In this document: piece after piece, positions 63,439 through 64,000 of the stretch
How positions within the stretch are numbered: position 1 is the stretch's first letter
Layout: each line of letters opens with the position of its first letter
NCBI RefSeq assembly: GCF_006345805.1
Contig: NC_043004.1
Span: 79,298,001-79,362,000 of the forward strand
Length of the DNA stretch: 64,000 nucleotides
Source: Octopus sinensis
Taxonomy: Eukaryota
Reading direction: 5' to 3'
Notes under the pieces: generated by a model
Told to the model about the DNA's origin: nothing
The model's database searches: none
What the model saw: the letters and a program-made list of their open reading frames with translations, nothing else
Position numbers and translations under genes: made by a program

Positions 63439-64000
63439 TTAACTAACTAAAATGTAAAGATAAGCAATGAACTTAATGTTTGGTGATTATTAATAAATAA
63501 AAAAAAAACCATGATGCTAATAATGTTTAAGTAGAAACTGAAGTAAAATATTTTTCTTTATAGTGCATGGTTTAGTTTTTAATTTTAGAGGTTTTACTGT
63601 TTCTCTGAAGTAAAGAAATGAAGACCAGGAAAATATATCATCGTGAAAGAAATTGCCAACATAGGTTTAATCATAGACTGTAAATTAAAGGAAAACAACG
63701 CCAATGAATAACGCTGATATTATATATATATATATAAAGATAGAGCAGTCACCATTTTTTCCATACTTGCCATCTTTGATGAGCCAAGTTATTAGATAAT
63801 CATCTGAATACCTAATATCTGGTGCTAAACTGATTGGTAAGATAGGCTGTAACGGATCTACAATATCGAGTCTGTGAGAATATATTAGTTGTTGGGTAAT
63901 GATCTGGGGAAGAAGTACTCAATACAAATGTAGAGTGTATTAGTTTATTTAAACTGGTCCAGTGTACTGTTACATTGTAGTTTCCAAGATTTGCAGTAGT

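Overview
AT-rich, repeat-dense eukaryotic genomic DNA, most likely an octopus or related cephalopod (inferred from the SINE families and microsatellite load, not verified). Two protein-coding genes are supported. (1) MRPL13 (mitochondrial ribosomal protein uL13m) on the minus strand: four coding exons with GT-AG boundaries at 43498-43527, 41539-41662, 37632-37725 and 10627-10687, including a ~26.9 kb intron 3. The remaining exons were not found and probably lie left of the window. (2) A single-exon, full-length protein O-fucosyltransferase 2 (POFUT2) on the plus strand at 47024-48361, oriented head-to-head with MRPL13. The rest is SINEs, LINE fragments (RTE, Tx1-like, RLE-type), Penelope-like remnants, a Tc1 element, a mariner element, several MITE families, a non-autonomous Helitron and micro/minisatellites. 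The most striking unexplained signal is a set of unrelated type I hammerhead ribozyme (HHR) motifs found by manual folding. One forms the exact central loop of a ~430 bp foldback element (8975-9034). A diverged tandem pair with compensatory stem changes lies on the sense strand of MRPL13 intron 4 (4597-4646 and 5399-5449). One is embedded in a perfect 61-bp palindrome (157-207). Three further families are Penelope-LTR-type minimal hammerheads. Nearly all long ORFs in the supplied track outside these features are microsatellite or SINE artefacts.
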